Source: a virus
Taxonomy: Duplodnaviria; Caudoviricetes
DNA length: 56,547 nt
Reading direction: 5' to 3' (one strand)
Virus record (IMG/VR): IMGVR_UViG_3300012926_000006
Location: 1-56,547 of that record
This document shows positions 53,949 through 56,547 of the stretch, piece after piece. The translations under genes were made by a program, and so were the position numbers. Under the pieces are notes generated by a model, which saw only the letters and a list, made by a program, of their open reading frames with translations, ran no database searches and had not been told where the DNA came from. The stretch's first letter is position 1. Every line of letters begins with the position of its first letter.

Positions 53949-54276
53949 AAAATTATTCTGGATGTGGGTATGTGTAACAGCCTGTGAATTAATAATCCTA
54001 GCTGTTAATATTTTAAGGACTGGATTTGGTTTGCATGTTTATGCAAGTTGCGCTGGTCTTCTGATTTGCATTTACGGATGGAATAAATGGTTTCAAATGC
54101 GCGATGCTGAAGCGGAAAGGGCTGCTGCTTTCATAGCGATGGAAGAAGAAATGGAAAAAATCGCGGAGGAACTTTTTCGACAAGTTGAGGCTGGAGAATT
54201 GGTTATACCTCCTAATGGTCTTGAATTTGACTTTCGTAAAATCCGCTCCGAACTATCCAAGACTGACAAGCCCTAA
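53941..54276 (+). CDS. Membrane protein
   Basis: Two hydrophobic segments; GTG start overlapping upstream stop. Confidence 0.45.
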   Translation: MIKKLFWMWVCVTACELIILAVNILRTGFGLHVYASCAGLLICIYGWNKWFQMRDAEAERAAAFIAMEEEMEKIAEELFRQVEAGELVIPPNGLEFDFRKIRSELSKTDKP

Positions 54277-54745
54277 GCTGTTCCGTTACTTCGTCGGCTT
54301 CGTTTGCGAAACTGAAAAGATCGTTTGTAATCTGTTCAGGAAGTGCGATTGTTCCGGTGGAGTCTTCATTACGTCCGCTGTCGCTTGTGGCTTTGGTTCC
54401 GGTTGTAGTGGAACTGCTACAGGCTGACACGGGGATGCGCAACCCGCCCCTAGACTTAATAGCGGCAAGATCAGTATTGTATTTCTGAGTGACGGCCTGT
54501 AAGGCTTGTTCATGGTCTTGACTCACTTTCACGTTATCGGCTTGGTGTTGCGCTAAAATTTCCGCATTATGTTTCTCGTTTTCGTCTTTCAGCTTGGCTA
54601 TGGCAATCGTTGTTTGTGCCTTCTCGCTGTCCCAGCGGGCCTGTACGCCCTTAGAACCAAGATGATGACCATAACCAAACACCGCCGCAAATAAAACGCC
54701 TATAAGCCCGATTTTGATTATTAGCAGATAGGGAGCCGGAATCAT
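54212..54745 (-). CDS. Rz: i-spanin (Rz-like)
   Basis: N-terminal TM, coiled coil, GLRIP..C, EAD....L.ACQ. Confidence 0.8.
   Translation of the reverse strand: MIPAPYLLIIKIGLIGVLFAAVFGYGHHLGSKGVQARWDSEKAQTTIAIAKLKDENEKHNAEILAQHQADNVKVSQDHEQALQAVTQKYNTDLAAIKSRGGLRIPVSACSSSTTTGTKATSDSGRNEDSTGTIALPEQITNDLFSFANEADEVTEQLRACQSWIVRSGFYESQIQDH
54286..54513 (-). CDS. Rz1: o-spanin (Rz1-like), embedded in Rz
   Basis: Lipobox-like LGAGC, Pro-rich, alternative frame inside Rz. Confidence 0.7.
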   Translation of the reverse strand: MNKPYRPSLRNTILILPLLSLGAGCASPCQPVAVPLQPEPKPQATADVMKTPPEQSHFLNRLQTIFSVSQTKPTK

Positions 54746-54957
54746 TCGGTTTTATCCGGTGGAGTTTGAGAAATAACCCTTCCAACAATGCCCAAAACGA
54801 AAACTACGCCCGTTGTAATCATCATGTATTTAGGCGGAATATTGTCTTTAAGCTGGTCGTAAAAACTGCCATAAGCTCCACTGATTGCAATGCCAACGGT
54901 ATTGCACCAGACACTCGCATACTTCCAACAGGCTTTCCAGTCGTCTATTAAACGCAT
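54742..54957 (-). CDS. Holin (two TM)
   Basis: LIDDWK..WK..SVW...GRVISQ motif. Confidence 0.7.
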   Translation of the reverse strand: MRLIDDWKACWKYASVWCNTVGIAISGAYGSFYDQLKDNIPPKYMMITTGVVFVLGIVGRVISQTPPDKTE

Positions 54958-54966
54958 TTCGTTCCC

Positions 54967-55434
54967 CTATGCTAAAACCCCGCCAGCACCCACATAAACC
55001 GCTTGTAGCGCTGCCAAATCGTTTTGATGCTGACCATATCCTGCCCCTGGCATAGAGGCCCAAATATGGGCTATTTTTTGTACTGCTGAACCAAAGTTAC
55101 CTGCATCTACATCACCCAAGGCATGACATTCCCGGATTTGCTGAATCGCTATTGCATCCTGGCTGGAAGGCGAAAAATCCGGCAGGCCAAGCGAAGCCTT
55201 ATAGGCATCAAAGTATCTGGCAAGTAGTTGGTATCTTCCCGCCGCCGTAGATGATAAAGTCGGACTTAAATGCACAAGTTTTCTAGGATGGTCCTTGTAA
55301 CTTGTGAACAAATCAGGATGCCAAACTGTTGACCCTACAATCACGTTATAGCCATCATCCGACACTGCAAGTAAGTCTGGCCCGATTTCGCTATGCGCTA
55401 TCATCGCCAGGAAAGCTATCCTGTTGCTAGTCAT
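54967..55434 (-). CDS. Endolysin, lambda R-like lytic transglycosylase
   Basis: AFLAMIAHSEIG, GYNVIVG, STAAGRYQ, DFSP.SQD, IWASMPGAGYGQ. Confidence 0.92.
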   Translation of the reverse strand: MTSNRIAFLAMIAHSEIGPDLLAVSDDGYNVIVGSTVWHPDLFTSYKDHPRKLVHLSPTLSSTAAGRYQLLARYFDAYKASLGLPDFSPSSQDAIAIQQIRECHALGDVDAGNFGSAVQKIAHIWASMPGAGYGQHQNDLAALQAVYVGAGGVLA

Positions 55435-55712
55435 TTCCTGGCCTTTTCCAGGGCATCAATTCGCAAAGTCAAAATATCTGCATTGCGTTTTGAATCGTAA
55501 CCATCCCTGATAACAGATTCTAATTTTGCATCTCGTTCTAGGTTTCTACGTTCCTGTTTATCGGCTTGGTTTACTAGTTGATCAAGTTTGTTACTTTGAC
55601 CTGAAACAAACCATAGAACCGTAATCAACAGGACAAATACGGTTCCCGCACAGCTTAATAACCATGTTAGAGGAATCTTATTGTCAAACGTAACGGCGCG
55701 GCGTTCCTGCAT
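55431..55712 (-). CDS. Single-TM coiled-coil protein (holin/antiholin-like)
   Basis: TM plus coiled coil; ATGA-coupled to endolysin. Confidence 0.5.
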   Translation of the reverse strand: MQERRAVTFDNKIPLTWLLSCAGTVFVLLITVLWFVSGQSNKLDQLVNQADKQERRNLERDAKLESVIRDGYDSKRNADILTLRIDALEKARK

Positions 55713-55717
55713 GATGA

Positions 55718-56023
55718 TTAACCATTATCAAGCTGTTCGATTGCGCCCAGTGCAGCGGCTCTAAACGTAGTCCATTGATTCGCAAGCGTTGCCATAGCAA
55801 ACGCAAAGTCGGCTCCCTTAGCCCCTGGCGTAGCGTTGGGAACAACGCCGAAATTAGTGCCTGTTTCGTACTCAGTGCCAGCCACGCCGCCGTAACCACT
55901 AGCAGCGACTGAGACAGCAGCGGACAAGCGTGTCATTGCTTCATCGACTGCCCAAATGTTCTCAATCATCTGATTGGACATACCGCCGAAAGGTGTTGCG
56001 CCATTCACTACAACTGCTGTCAT
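55718..56023 (-). CDS. Hypothetical protein
   Basis: Coupled ORF with AGGAG RBS. Confidence 0.5.
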   Translation of the reverse strand: MTAVVVNGATPFGGMSNQMIENIWAVDEAMTRLSAAVSVAASGYGGVAGTEYETGTNFGVVPNATPGAKGADFAFAMATLANQWTTFRAAALGAIEQLDNG

Positions 56024-56307
56024 GATTGAACTCCTTGAGCTTGCAATAAAAGTTGAACTGCTTGAAATGTATTACCTTGCGCCTCTAGTTTTACGGCTTT
56101 ACGTCTTAGTGATGCGTTGAAACTATCTGTAATGATCGGTGAATTATCTGGCGGCGGCGGGACTGGTGGAGTCGGATTTACAAAGCTGTTTCCATTCCAA
56201 AAAGCACCTAGAACGGAATTCAAAGGGTCAATAAATTGCCCACCGAATCCACCGACTTCTGCATAGTTGATGACGATGTTGTTTGCGTCTAATTGTGCGG
56301 CTCTCAT
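56020..56307 (-). CDS. Putative tail-fibre assembly chaperone
   Basis: MRAAQL..NIV.N...G..WNG..F..P-rich; directly downstream of adhesin across the circular junction. Confidence 0.55.
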   Translation of the reverse strand: MRAAQLDANNIVINYAEVGGFGGQFIDPLNSVLGAFWNGNSFVNPTPPVPPPPDNSPIITDSFNASLRRKAVKLEAQGNTFQAVQLLLQAQGVQS

Positions 56308-56547
56308 ATTTACCACCAATAAATAATAGCTATACCAGCGCCACCAGCGCCGCCAGTTCCACCGGTTGCAGTACAATTTCCACCACCACCACCGCCGCCG
56401 CCGCCTAGACCACCAGCACCGCCAGCACCACCATTACCGGCAGTACCGTAACCACCACCACCACCACCAGAAGCGCCAAAAATGGAAGTTGTAGAAGACC
56501 CAGCAGTTCCAGCGGTTCCAGTTGCAGCAGTTGTGCCGCCAGCGCCA
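56272..56547. repeat. Terminal direct repeat, right copy (variant allele of adhesin 3' end)
   Basis: Matches 1-276 with 9 substitutions. Confidence 0.95.

Noticed and set aside
56020-56376. 118-aa ORF with Trp/Arg-rich N-terminus
   Set aside because: The extension comes from a variant-created TTG in an alternative frame of the adhesin; ATG 56307 is the likely start
56272-56547. Diversity-generating retroelement TR/VR pair on the adhesin
   Set aside because: No reverse transcriptase was recognised; differences are mostly synonymous and not adenine-specific; the copies are simply the contig ends

Overview
The window is an essentially complete temperate tailed-phage genome of about 56,271 bp. 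Positions 56272-56547 repeat positions 1-276 with 9 mismatches, so the contig closes into a circle. The virion module (minus strand) is podovirus-like: TerL, portal, scaffold, N4-gp56-type major capsid, adaptor, nozzle, three ejection-like proteins and a Gly-rich adhesin. The lysis cassette has a lambda-R-type endolysin, holins and Rz/Rz1. The control region is lambdoid: cro/cI, RecT/YqaJ, replication initiator, Q-like antiterminator, tyrosine integrase, xis and an attP-like site. An HTH gene suggests a Burkholderiales (Oxalobacteraceae-like) host; this is an inference from recalled similarity. Highlights: (1) a cupin, an AspH-type Fe(II)/2OG hydroxylase and a PurD-like ATP-grasp ligase flank the ejection genes, a candidate virion-protein modification system; (2) a complete type I hammerhead ribozyme with a loop II pseudoknot, in an operon that also carries recurrent UUCCAG-loop hairpins; (3) three head-region paralogs share an N-terminal anchor module; (4) a three-hairpin CGUWA leader precedes the scaffold gene; (5) a dispersed TTGCG-N4-CKCAA operator; (6) a putative TerS lies 13 kb from TerL. 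All protein calls come from motifs and synteny read by eye; no database search was run.
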